Assembly: GCA_965112735.1 (NCBI GenBank)
Contig: OZ218960.1
Span: forward strand, 2,108,001 to 2,172,000
Reading direction: 5' to 3'
DNA: 64,000 nucleotides
Source: Phaeosaccion multiseriatum
Lineage: Eukaryota > Protista > Ochrophyta, other classes
Part shown: in pieces, positions 11,770 through 23,700 of the stretch
Numbering within the stretch: position 1 is the first letter of the stretch
Layout: the number at the start of each line of letters is the position of its first letter
The notes under the pieces: generated by a model
Seen by the model: only the letters and a program-made list of their open reading frames with translations
Told to the model about the DNA's origin: nothing
The model's database searches: none
Position numbers and translations under genes: made by a program

Positions 11770-14209
11770 ATGGTGCAGAGGGCATTCTTTGCCGCATCGC
11801 TTCTCTGCTGTACTGGGGTTGCTGGTCAGAATCAACCCGTGCCAACTTCTACGTGTGCGGATCAGGTGAGGGAAAGAGAGCCTCCCGGGCCGATTGCTCA
11901 GGCACGGGACGCCGCTTCACGCTCGTAACTTCACGGGGATCAATAGAGCCGCAGACGTCACGGGGAAATACTCACTCTTCAACTCTCTGCGCAGGTTGTG
12001 GAAGGCGATGTGAGGCGGGGAAAGAGTGCGTTCTGGGCCGACTGCGATGGAAACGCTGCCATCACGGGATGCTTTCAGCCTGGCCAGTATCACCAGGACC
12101 AGTTGGCTTTTGATCTTGAGAATTCCAACTACGGTAAGCAGTAGAGTGCATGCCTACCTTACAAGAAGGGCAGGGGAGGGGACATTGGGGGGACCGAATG
12201 TCCCGTAACTCCGTTACTCCGTAAGAAGTGACATGAGACCACGGTACATGCTGGCCCCAGGGGTTTCCACTCCCCTCGCCACCAACTTCTCTCCACCTCC
12301 TCCAAATGACCCGGTAACATGTCTCTCATACTCCACCTGGGCCGATTCCGCTCCTACGATAACCCTCCCCCTTCCTGGGACTTTACGCCAACTACCCTCC
12401 CTTGCTGACTCCCTCGCATACTCATCCCCGCTGTGGCCTGACTCCCCCTGTACCGTTGAGCAGGTTGCCAAAGCTGCATTGTGCAGGAAGACTGGGCAGC
12501 AGAATCGGTTTTCGCCGTGGCATGGGGAGAGGGGGGGGTCCAGGCTGGGGATGGTCTATTCCCTTGTCCCGACGATTTTGACCACGAAGCGTTCTTCACG
12601 GATAAGTTTGGCACCATCGACGTGGTCACTGCTGCTGAGCTGCTAGACACGGACGAGTGCGAAGCTTACCCCCCCGGCACCTTCTATTATGCCGAGGCTG
12701 ATAGATGCTATTTCAAGAGTACCAGAGAGGTAGGCTTTTTTTGGTGGGGGTGGGTGACTGTTACAAAGAGGGTGAGAGGGTGCATGAAAGAGGGTCAAAG
12801 AGAGAATGAAAGAGACAGAGCGAGAGGGAGAAAGAGAGAGTGTGTGTTATGAGTGTGTCTCTCTGTGCGTGTGGTGAGTGGGTATGGGTGTGGGTGGGGT
12901 GCGTGAGTGAGAGAGTGAGCGTGAGTAAGAGACAGAGAGGGTGTGTGTTGTGTGTGTGTGCGTGTTTTGTGTCCCTCCGTGCGTCTCTCGGAGGGTCGGT
13001 GTGTGTGTAGATGAGGGTTGAGTGAGAGAGAGAGCGAGAGAGAGAAACTCTGTCTCTCTCTGTCTCGGTGCTACTGTTGTACTACGTGACTCTGTGTTGA
13101 TGCACATGGTCTAATGCAAGTTATCCTTGTTGTATTTGTGTGCGCAGACTCCTTATGCTGCTTCCTGGGACGAGGCAGTGGTGTTGTGCGATGACATGGG
13201 AGGCGCGCTCGTGGCGCTGGACAGCGAAGAGGAGAACGATTGGTTTGTCTACAACTTACTGTGGGCAGGCTTTGCAGGAGAGACTTTCACTGGGCTCTAC
13301 AAGTCCAACCGCGAGGGAGAGGAGTACCTCTACGTGCAGTCGGACAGCATCCTGCAGCCGTCCAGCTTCGATGTGGACGACGTGGCCTCTTGGTACGATG
13401 GAGAGGGGCCGTGGTACCCGCCCATGGACGCAAGCAGCGAATACGGGGACATTGCCGACGACCCAAGGACATGCGTGGAGATCTACCCGCTTTATGAAAA
13501 GCTATGGAACCCGTTTTCCTGTGACGTCAACAAGCAGTACGCCTGCGAGCTTCCGTCGGCGTCCTGTGTGGCCTCTGGTGACACCAACTGCGGGGGAACT
13601 ACAACTCAATCGTCGGGTGGATCTACAACTCCATCCCCAGGTGAGTGAACTTTAGGTGGTGGCCAGGGTTCGCCTCTACCACACACGCGCCTTACAAGCC
13701 CTGCTCCTTCAAAGTACCTTTGCATGCCTGGCGATTTTGCCGCCAACGTTGGTACCTCCAAATCCTCGCTCGCTGGGTGCATCCCTGCTCACCCCCACTC
13801 TTTACTGTACCCCCTCCTCCGTGTCCATACAGAGGTATCAACGATGACTACCAGCGCACCGGTAGCCGAGGAGACGCCGGCACCAGAAGGGCCTGCACCC
13901 ACACCGGCTCCAACTGCGGTTCCCACCTTAGAGACGGACGAAACTGATTCTGATAGTCGGGGAGGAGTATCGGCAACGCCGGCACCTGAGGGTAGTGCAA
14001 GCACATCCTCACCATCCTCGCCTCCTACACAAGTCACCACGGATGCGCCCACAACGGGTGCTCCAATCGAGGAGGAAGGAGACACGGACACGCGAGCCAC
14101 GGGCGAAAATGGGGCGTCTAGTGCGCTGGCTGGGCACTCTCTGTCGGCCCTGGCCGTCTCAGTTGCAGCGTGCCTTTGCACTGCCTTTGTGGCTGCCGTG
14201 GGTGTGTAA
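11770..14209 (+). CDS. Secreted/GPI-anchored C-type lectin-domain protein with Ser/Thr/Pro stalk, about 5 exons
   Basis: Signal MVQRAFFAASLLCCTGVAG; CTLD: RCYFK..ASWDEAVVLCDDMGGALVALDSEEENDW..TCVEIY..LWNPFSCDVNKQYACELP; TPAP-rich stalk; hydrophobic tail NGASSALAGHSLSALAVSVAACLCTAFVAAVGV. Confidence 0.8.
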
Positions 14210-14393
14210 CGGAAGAGTGGCTCGATCTTTAAATCGCCACTCATTTCTCAATTCTATGATTTATTTTTTATAAAAAGCATTACAAATGCTATACAATATA
14301 TGTCTTACTAGTTCAGCGACCGCAGCTAGTTCCCCATTGTTGGGGGGGAGATGGGAAATGGTTTTGTTCATTGGTGGGGTTAGGTGAGAATGA

Positions 14394-15658
14394 TCAGGGT
14401 GTCTGCTGCTGCCGCTGTCTCTGGTTTGAGTGAAGCTGGTTGGGAGTTGTCCAGAGGGAAGAACCAAACGCCGACGAAGGATCCATGTTCTGAGTCGCTG
14501 CTTCCGCCCACCCACCTTGAGGCGGAGATGGAGAGGCCTTGAACATACCCAGGCCGTTGGTTGATGCCGACGAAGACTGACCTCCTCCGCCCCCACTTGG
14601 TCCTCCCGTAGACTGCGCTTCTCCCAGACTTTGCGTGCTCGTCTCCCCACCGAAGGACAGCGACACTCCAGGCAAGACCTTTTGCAAAAATGCCAAGCTC
14701 GACTGCAAGTCCTGCGACTTGTGGTTATTGGCGTTTCGACCGACCCCTGGAGAGCTTTGGTGTTGTCCTGCTGCTACCTCCGGCCCGGTGTCCCCCCCAC
14801 TTGGCGGTTGCGGAGCTCCGTTGCCCCGAGCGAATGCAAACCTACTTCCTCCCTTCGCCGCTGCTCCACCGGAATTGGCAAGCGAATTCACCGAGTCCAC
14901 TGGCGGGAGGGTGACACCCAACAAGCTTGCCAAAGCAGAAGAGCTTGACCCAAACGGGTCCACAGAAAGATCTACGACATGCGGCGGGTGCCCATTTGCT
15001 CCCGTACTGCATTGTTGCTGCTGCTGCTGCTGCAGCTGCTGTTGTTGCTGCTGCCGCTGCTGCTGCTGCTGCTCCTGCTCCTGCTGCCCCCTCGTCTCTC
15101 CATCTGATGTGGGTCGTGGAGCTGGAGCCGTCGGTCCCCTCAAAATACTGTCTGCACCTCCCTCAGCCACCATGGGAAAAAGAGAATTCCCAAACGCGTC
15201 GCCAAAAGGATTGGCATGGGGCGGCGGCGCGCCTTGAGCACCGCGAAAGCCCATCAAAGACTCCACCGAAAAAGCTTCCTGAGAATTGGGAGTAACTAAC
15301 CCGTCTGCCAAACCCGTCTTGCTCGCAGTGTTGACTGCATCAGATGTGAATGAGCCTGCTCCAAACATGCCGCCCCCTCCCTTGGCCGCTCCCTGCTGAC
15401 TCTCGTGAGGGCCTTGGAAGAGCTTTCCTTCCTTCTGGTTGCCGAGACCCTCCAAGCCAGGAGGAGGAGGTGGGGGGGGTGGGGGAGGGGGGGGGGGGGG
15501 CTTGCAGCATACTCCTTCCCCAGAAGAAGGCGGACCTCCCCCAAAGAGTGAATTCGAAAACATGGACGGCGGCGACGCGGGCTCTGATGCCTCACTCGAC
15601 CCAGCCACCTGCTCGTGGCCACCACCACCACTTGGCTGCGCCCTCTTGAAACCTCCTA

Positions 15659-15707
<49 letters not shown>

Positions 15708-15966
15708 ATGATGAGGGGGAGGCGGAGGCCGAAGAAGCTGTGACTGAGCTGCTGATGACGCTTCCCCTGGCATGCGCTTGATTTTCGAAGGTGATGGTGC
15801 TGATGCTGGTACTGTCGTCGGTGTTGCTGCTACCGCGGCTTCTCTCTGTGCAGCGAGCTGCTGCTGTCTGATCTGCTGCAGCTGCATGGTATTCAATGCT
15901 CCGCTGCTCTTGTGCTTGTCAGGCTGTTGCTGTTGCTGTTGCTGCTGCTTTTGCTGTTTTTGTGGC

Positions 15967-16014
<48 letters not shown>

Positions 16015-17726
16015 ACTCCCCTCTGCTGCGCCACCATCTGCGCGGGCGTAGGACCCCCCCCTCCTAGGGTCGGCCACTCGTCCGTTGCAAGAGTGCTTGG
16101 CTTACCCCCCCGGGCACCAGCTCCCTTCAAGTCCCCGTGAGCAGCCTCTCCACCCTGCCCAAGCCCCCTAACACTAAGTGGGAACGCCCCTGCGCTGCCC
16201 CTTCCCATAGCCCCCAACCTCTGTTTCCCAACCACATTTTTATCGTGTTGCTGCGAATTGGAGGTTCTGGAAGCGTGCGTGAAGCCTACTGCTCCTCCTC
16301 CTCCTCCTCCACCACCACCACCACCACCAGCACCCGCCCCTGCTACGGCTGCTGCTGCTGCTCCTGCTGTCCCAGTACCGGCGAAGTTTGGGGGAACTTG
16401 AGTCCCCCACACGCCAGAAGCCTGATCTCCGCTACTGCCACTGCTGCTGCTGCGAGCTCGCGGGCTTTGTTGTGAGAGTCTTGTGAAGGTCGAACTACAA
16501 AGGTCATACTGCTGCTGCTGCCGCAGTAGTTCCCCTGCTATCCGGGCGTGATCCTGCGCGGTCATTTTCGACAGTCCCAAACGCTGCTGCATCCTGGGGT
16601 CTGTGACTTCGAAGATGGGGGGGGGAAGAACAGGATTGGGGCATCGCTTCCCCGTCCCGCTGGGACCCCCCGCACCGACCGCAGTAGGCACTCCGTCTCG
16701 GAGCGGAGGGGCGAGTAGCGCGGACTTGTCTTGAATTTCCTCCTTGGTGAAGCGGTCATCGTCATTGCCCAAGTCGTGCAAATAGAGGCAGTCCGGGTTG
16801 TTGCATGGCAGGCCTCGAAGAAAAGAGTTGCAAAACTTGGTAGTGCCAAAGTTCGTACGCAGCTGCCTCCCTTCTAACATGTATCCGTCTACCGCCCGTA
16901 TCGAAGCCTGTGCGTCTTCCTTGAATGCAAAGGTAATGTAGGCGCTGGCGCTTCCATGGCGAGGATCCCCTGCAGGCACGCCCATATTCTGGTTCACCAC
17001 AATCTTGTGAATCCGCCCGTACTGCCCAAAGTACTCTGGTCGCCTCAGCGCGTCCTCCGAGGAGACTTGCAGGGGCAGGCCAATGACATAGACCAAATTG
17101 CGCTGCACAACCCGCATGTTGTTGAGGTCTCTGCTGCGATTCTTGTCCAAGAACCCAAAGTTGGCGGAAGCGAGCTGGTGCTGCTGGGCAGACGCTGCTC
17201 GAGCCGCTGCCAGGGGCGGACTACTGCTGCCGTCCTTGGGCGGAGAGCCTCCGGAGGAAATATCAATTGTCACTCCCCCCCCCGCCCCTTCGGACGCGCT
17301 ACTAGTGTTGCCGCCACTGCTGAAGTGATGGTGTTGTGCGTTGTGGCTGCTGCTGCTGCTGCTGCTGAAGTGAGCAATCCTCTGCTGCTGCTGATGATTT
17401 GACGCAAGCAAGGTGGCATTGGCCGTGGCTGCTGCCGCCGCCGCCGCCGCCGCCGCTGCCTGCTGCTTGGCCTCCTTCTTCTTCTTCCGCCGCTCCTTCT
17501 TGATGACATCCTCCCGGTCCACAGCCGCAAAAGCATGCGGATCATCCGAATACGGATTCCGACAAGCAGGACAAAGGCCATTCAGGTTGTCCTTGATATG
17601 GTGCCAGCACCACATACACACGCGATAGCCACAAGGACACGGCAGGAAATTCTTGTCGGACAGGTCGAGCTCTTCACAGCACAAAGGGCAAATGTCCTCC
17701 TCATCATCATCACTGGAGAACGTCAT
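14394..17726 (-). CDS. CNOT4: CCR4-NOT subunit 4 E3 ligase (C4C4 RING + RRM + CCCH), long low-complexity tail
   Basis: CPLCCEELDLSDKNFLPCPCGYRVCMWCW..CPACR; NMRVVQRNLVYVIGL..EYFGQYG; NFGTTKFCNSFLRGLPCNNPDCLYLH; SRFAFAR motif. Confidence 0.97.
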
Positions 17727-18057
17727 CCTGGACAAGCCAGAGCCGCCCCCGACCCCGTGGCCGTGAGGGGTTAAGAAATCCTGCTACGCTGCTGCGAATC
17801 GCCCTCCGCGCTTCTGATCACAAACGGAGTGGGGGACGGGGTGGGGGGAGAAAGAGGCAGCGGGTAGGAGGGCGCGTGGGTTAGCCCATGTACAAATACC
17901 TGCTGCTTTATTAGCCAAGATCCACAATAACCTGAGCAAGTATAATGGGAGGCTCCTTACCTTCCTTTGATGAAGGGAGGGGGATGCCCTATTAGAGATA
18001 AGTTTAGTACATTATATTTTTAATATAGAAGACCTCTACATTCTGGACCTTTCCTTT

Positions 18058-18283
18058 TCGACCCCTGACACGCTATCGCCCACTTTCTCGATAGCGCGCT
18101 ATCGCGCTATCGGCCGCCCGGCCGATAGCGGATAGTGCGCCGGCTGGCGCCGGCGATAGCGGATAGCGGATCGGCTGGCGCCGGCGACAGCGGATAGCAC
18201 GCCCCCACAACCCCCCTCCCCCCCCCCCCCAAAGCCGGCTGGCGCCGGCGATAGCGGATAGCGGATAGCGTGTCAGGAGTCGA
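18058..18283. mobile_element. MITE-like element with 20-bp terminal inverted repeats and a possible 6-bp TSD
   Basis: TCGACCCCTGACACGCTATC (18058-18077) versus the reverse complement of GATAGCGTGTCAGGAGTCGA (18264-18283), 19/20 identical; TCCTTT on both flanks; interior made of GATAGC and GCCGGCTGGCGCCGGCGA sub-repeats. Confidence 0.7.
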
Positions 18284-18319
18284 TCCTTTCCTCCCTTCCT
18301 GCTACTTCTCCTCTTGCCC

Positions 18320-18515
18320 TGCTACCGGCCAGCCAGCCAACCATCAGCTCCCACCGCCGGCGTGAGCTACCTGCTGCCGGCCGGCCAACCATCAGCTGCC
18401 ACCGCCGGCGTGAGCTACCTGCTACCTGCTACCGCCGGCGTGAGCTGGCGTGCTACCGGGTCCTGAGGGCCCGGTAGCATGCTACTGAGAATCGCTCGGT
18501 AGCACGTCAGGGGTT
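18320..18515. repeat. Dispersed GC-rich repeat (GCTACC type), copy 1
   Basis: Shares GGCCAACCATCAGCTGCCACCGCCGGCGTGAGCT and GGTAGCATG.TAC.GAGAATCGCTCGGTAGCACGTCAGGGG with 53950-54136. Confidence 0.85.
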
Positions 18516-18807
18516 GGCTCACTAAGTTGTAGCCCAATTGATGCCGGCGTGCTACCAACTATTGCCGACGTCAGCCGGCCTTCCACCAGCATTTGGCCCC
18601 CTCCCCCAACTAAGGTAGATGAGCAGGGAATGGCAGGTATACGGGCAGGGTAGCGCGGCTGCCGACCTCGCTATCAGCTATTGACGTGTGCCAATCTCCA
18701 ATCGCGCAGCTATCGAGGTAGAAGACCTCAGCGCCCAGCCTCCAGGCTGGGCTCCTGTACATCCCTCAAAGCCAGCATAGACTAAGGCAGGTGAGGTATC
18801 TAAGAAT

Positions 18808-18856
18808 CTAACGCCTTGGGGGGAGCTGCCCCCCGATGTTGTAGTTTTCCGGGACA

Positions 18857-18888
<32 letters not shown>

Positions 18889-18903
18889 ATGGGGCGGGAA
18901 CGC

Positions 18904-18942
<39 letters not shown>

Positions 18943-19001
18943 ATGCTGCTGCTGATTCACCGGAGGATATTGGGCTGGAGGCTGGCCGTGAAATCCCACA
19001 A

Positions 19002-19039
<38 letters not shown>

Positions 19040-20266
19040 GGCGGCGGTATATGTTGTTGGAGGGGGAGCTGTTGTTGTTGTGGTTGCTGCTGGGGCTGCT
19101 GTTGGGGATGATATTGGGGAGGCTGCGGATGTTGCTGCTGTAGTACTTGCTGCTGTGGTACGTGCTGCTGTGGTGCGTGCTGCTGTGGCACGTGCTGCTG
19201 CTGCTGCTGCTGTGGTGGTGGCTGGTACAAGTGCTGCTGCGGTGGACCACCAAACTGCGGCAGCTGACTCTGTCCCTGCTGTGGTGCTGCGAAGAGCGGC
19301 GTGTCTGGCGGGACTTGATGGTGCACCGCAGGCTGGCTGGCTGCACCAACAGGCTGACTAGCTGCCGATGATACCTGTTTCAGCCACGATGGTCAGCAGC
19401 AAAGAAGAGCAGCAGCAGTGTAAGTCCGCTGGTGAAGAAAGACCCAACAACAGTAGCAGCAATGAAAACACATACCTGATAGGACTTGATCATGTCTAAT
19501 CTCAGTAGCATTTGCATGAGGGCCTCCGTCACCTCCGGGTGAGCAACCATCATCTGTCTGGCCTGGTCCATGTCCGTCTCCGCAAATTCCTTCATATTGG
19601 CAACAATGTCGTAGATCTCGTGCATGTCCATGCCCATCACCACGGCCTTGACGGATCGCTGAGAGCCTTGCTGACCCGCCCCATCTGACGCCGAATTAGC
19701 CCCTCCACCGCCGGAGTTGCCGCTGTCCAAGGATATCTTTCCACTACTATTTGAGAAATTGACTCGAAGCTGCGCTAACACACACGGAGGCAGCAGCAGC
19801 GGGCGACTGAATCAGCGAAAGCATGCTCAAGGATGCCTCCCCTAACCTCTCCCCTAACCTGTCGGCCGTTGCACTCCTCGTTATTCAGGTTCCGAATGGC
19901 GCTCAGGACCGTCGCCTCGTCCTCATACTCCACAAAGCCGAAGCCTTTGGGCTTGTTCGTTTCGGGGTCCGTGACGAGCCTCACATTCACGACACGGCCC
20001 ACCTCTGAAAAGATCCTGTGGAGCTGCTCCTCGGTGGTACCGTAGGGGATGTTCCCCACTGATGAGTAGGTCGTCGGATGGGGTGGGGGGGGGGGAGAGG
20101 ACAAGTTGGTTACGGGATGCACAACAGTGGTGACAGGGGGGCAAGAGAGCACCTCGAGCACCCTTGACCACCCTCCTCACCTCCCTTGCGCACGACACTC
20201 ACCGAACACATCATTTTTACCGCTGCGAAGCCGACGCTGCTGCTGCTGCTGCTGCTGCTGTTGCAT
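18808..20266 (-). CDS. CSTF2: Cleavage stimulation factor 64 kDa (RRM + hinge), polyQ tail, 4 exons
   Basis: [56 protein letters not shown]; hinge [28 protein letters not shown]. Confidence 0.9.
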
Positions 20267-20444
20267 CTCGGCGTCTTGCAAGGCCCAGGCAACCAACCGA
20301 CTAAGAACCAAAAGCAAAGCAATGAGAAAGAGTACGAAATAATAAGCTAACGAATCCCCTCCCGGGCGGCTTTCTCTCTGAAAGAGAACGCTGACTGGGC
20401 GTCATCAAATGCTTTGAGTGCTCTTTTGGAGCTCTGGGCAGGCC

Positions 20445-20710
20445 ATGCAGCGGCTTCCGTCAGAGGTGCTGTGTGATGATATCGATGAGGCTCAGGGAGG
20501 AGCACCAGGGCAATATCCTGACGGGTTGATGCATCAGCCACAGCCACAGCAACAGCAGCAGCATCAGGAGCAGCATGGACATCATCATGGGCAGCACGGG
20601 GTCCAGGGAGAAGCGGCTGGGTTTGAAGCGTTGATGCACCAGCCTAAGCCACGGCAGCCGCAGCAGCATCAGCACCAGCATCAGCAGCACCAGCACCAGC
20701 ACCAGCAAAA

Positions 20711-20743
<33 letters not shown>

Positions 20744-23700
20744 CCAGCACCAGCAGCACCAGCAGCAACTGCGACAGCATATGTTCACAGAGGCATTCTC
20801 AGAGGCACCAGTACATCACCAGCCCCCCCCGCCCCCTTCAAGCGGAAGGGCCGGTGCCAATGTTCCAGCGGGTAGCAGTAGCAAGAGCAAGCAGCAGCAA
20901 CAGCCACCGATACTGCAGCAGGAACAGCAGCTGACCGTATCGGACAGCTTTGTTAACAGGGTCGGAGAGCTCTTTGCTAGCGTGTGGAAGGTCCGTCCAG
21001 ATGTGGCCCTCCGAGACCGCTACGGAGATAAGAGAAAGGGAGCTCTCAGCGTGTTCTGGCAAGACTACAAGAAGGTACAGGCGTGGAGTATATAGCGTGC
21101 AACCAAACATCAATCCATCCATCAATGCAAGACATTAACCAACCCCGCCCCCTGTAGGTTCGCGTCGACTGGAGGGAGCTGGCAGGGGTCTCAGAAGATG
21201 TGTTCCAACTCAAGCTTGCACACTACATGCAAATCGACGGGCCTTCCAGGGATAACTCCGATAACAGGATCAAGTACATAGTTCGGGAGCGTATTAAGGA
21301 CAATACGCATTTGGGGGTGATGGACGGCAAGAACACAAAGGCTGCCAAGAGAAAGGCGGCGGCTGCTGCGGCGGCGGCTGCTCTGAAGAGTCCCCATGCC
21401 TTGCAGCCGGCGGTTCCCTTGGTGCGTGTCAAGACGGAGGAGGTTGGGTTGGATTCTGAGGAAGAAACGAGAACAAAGAAGCGGACTAGAGAGAGCATGC
21501 TTGCCGGCCCGGCGCGAGGGGCTGCAGCCGGCGCAGGTTCCTCGGCTGTCGCTGGTGATGCTCCAACCACCACACCTTCCGCGGCCAAAGGCCCTAAACA
21601 GAGGGGGCCTAACCATTGGTGGGAGAGAGACCTTACCCCTGAAGGCTGTGTGCTGCACCCCACTGCCAACTGTCACGAGTGGACAAGCGACAATGGGATT
21701 GAGCACCGTATCATGGAGGTGAGGCGGGTCACACGTTACGCTCGGCAAGAGGAAAAGAGTTTTGACACACAACACACGCACACCCTTTGTTCTGGCTCAG
21801 ATTGAGTTTCAGCACGGGTGCGAGATGAAGCCCCCGAAGGAGAGGCTCATTGAGAACTTTACGACCATGTGGAGGCCGAATTGCGACGTAGTGTACGTGC
21901 ACGGCTGTCAGGTGAGGAAGGAGTGCACTTTTGGCTGTAGGGCGACTGTTGATTTGGGTAAGGAGTGTTAGCCAATCTCGTGTGCGGTGCGTCTCTTGTT
22001 GAAAACAGCAAGAAGGCATGTACTTCGAACCCATCATGGGTATCTACGAGAAGCAAGTGTCCACCTTCCAAGGCAAATTTCTGTATCGACAGAGCTCCTT
22101 GGCGGGGAGAGAAGGGGTGACTTGGCTGTACTTCGACAAGGAGAGGAGCAAGTGGGTCATCTCAGAGAACTACCTGGCTCAACCTTCCAGCCCCCTCTTC
22201 GAGTACTCGCTCCCGCCGGTGCTTGAAAAGTTAGTAGTCAACCGCGCACGTAAGCGTCGAAAGTATGAGTCCGTGGTTTTCACCTCCTCCCCCCGCCTCC
22301 ACCCATCCAACAATAGGTTGGGGGTACCGGCTATGCAGATGGGTCAACCAACGAACTTGCCCCTGTTTGTCAAGAGCGGAACGACCCTGCTTCCGCCCAT
22401 GGAGATGTATTACCTGCACAACCTGGAGATCCGGCAAGTCTGCGACAGGGCATGGAGGGGATGCTTCAGAGCAAATCCTAGTGAGGTACTGTTTGAGGCC
22501 AAGGGTAGCCCCTAGATGGCCCCACACGCTTGCCCTAAACCTTCACGTCTTGTCTCCACTCGCCTGAGGAAGGTTGCCTTTGGGCTCTTTGCACGGCTGG
22601 CCTCTGCCCAGGAGAGCTTCGTGTCCCAGTCTCCGGCCGATCACTTTGCCGCAGAGGTGCGTTCGTCGTCTTTTGTCTGTGGCTTGTTACGGCTTACTCT
22701 TGGTTCTAAGCACTTTTGTCTTGGTTGACGGCTCCCCAAAGGCCTTCGATGCGGAGCGAGAGCAGATACTGGAGTTCTTCTTGGTCTTTCGAGATGAGAG
22801 TCCCGATGGGGATGCTGGCAAGGTGAGCTTCCTTTGTGGAAGGGGGCAGGACTTTGTTGCTTCCTTCTCTCCTCATCCCGTCCCTTGTTTTGCATCATGG
22901 ACAGGTTGTCCGACGGGAGGACTACTTGGCGTTCATGGAGTGGTTCGTGGGCACGCTGCCGAGCGTGTCCTTGCCCCTCAAGATTTGGCGCATGTACCAC
23001 GCGCTCAAGGAGGGAGGTGTGCCCTTCATTCCCATGGCCATGAGCAACAGCCAGAAGGACTTCAACAAGCACTTCCAGGTAGGGTCATGTGTGTGGGCCA
23101 AGGGCCGTCTACCATTCATGTACCAAGTACCGGGACTTGACGCACACACGCACACACACACTCACGTCTACAGCTACTGGAGAGCGTGCCCAACCTTGGC
23201 CGCTACTGCTTTCGCTTCTCGCGCCAGCCCCACCACGTGACAGTCGACTACACAGTGTCGAACGGATTCGAGGGGGGAAGGGCGACGGTCAAGGTGAAGT
23301 TGTCTTCTCATTCCTTTGAGGGGCTATCTCGGGGCGGCGAAGAACAACCAACCAACTCTTCGTATTTGCAATTGTACCCCGACTGCTGTTGCTGGACCGC
23401 AGGTGATGAGCCACCGAATCAAGATCAGTGACATGACTGTTTCTGGGGTAACTCTTCGCGTGGAGAACCTTATGCTGCGGTGGGAGGGACAAGGGGGGGG
23501 CGTTGGGCGGCAGAACACTCCGTCTCCATCACCGTCGGACCTCGATCAGCGCACCTTTCTGGACATGTTCCATAACCTCACGCCTGCCCTGGCGAGGCAG
23601 CAGGCGAAGGGGAGCCTCATGGACCACCGCCTCTTCAATGGAGGCGCCAACGGGCAGAATGCAACCCCTCTCAACTTGGACTACGTTGAGTACTCCTCCT

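Noticed and set aside
14631-17628. Numerous antisense ORFs over CNOT4 and other genes
   Set aside because: Shadow ORFs caused by high GC and CAG repeats; no domain motifs.
18058-18720. Short repeated units resembling a CRISPR array
   Set aside because: Eukaryotic context, irregular spacing, no unique spacers and no cas genes.
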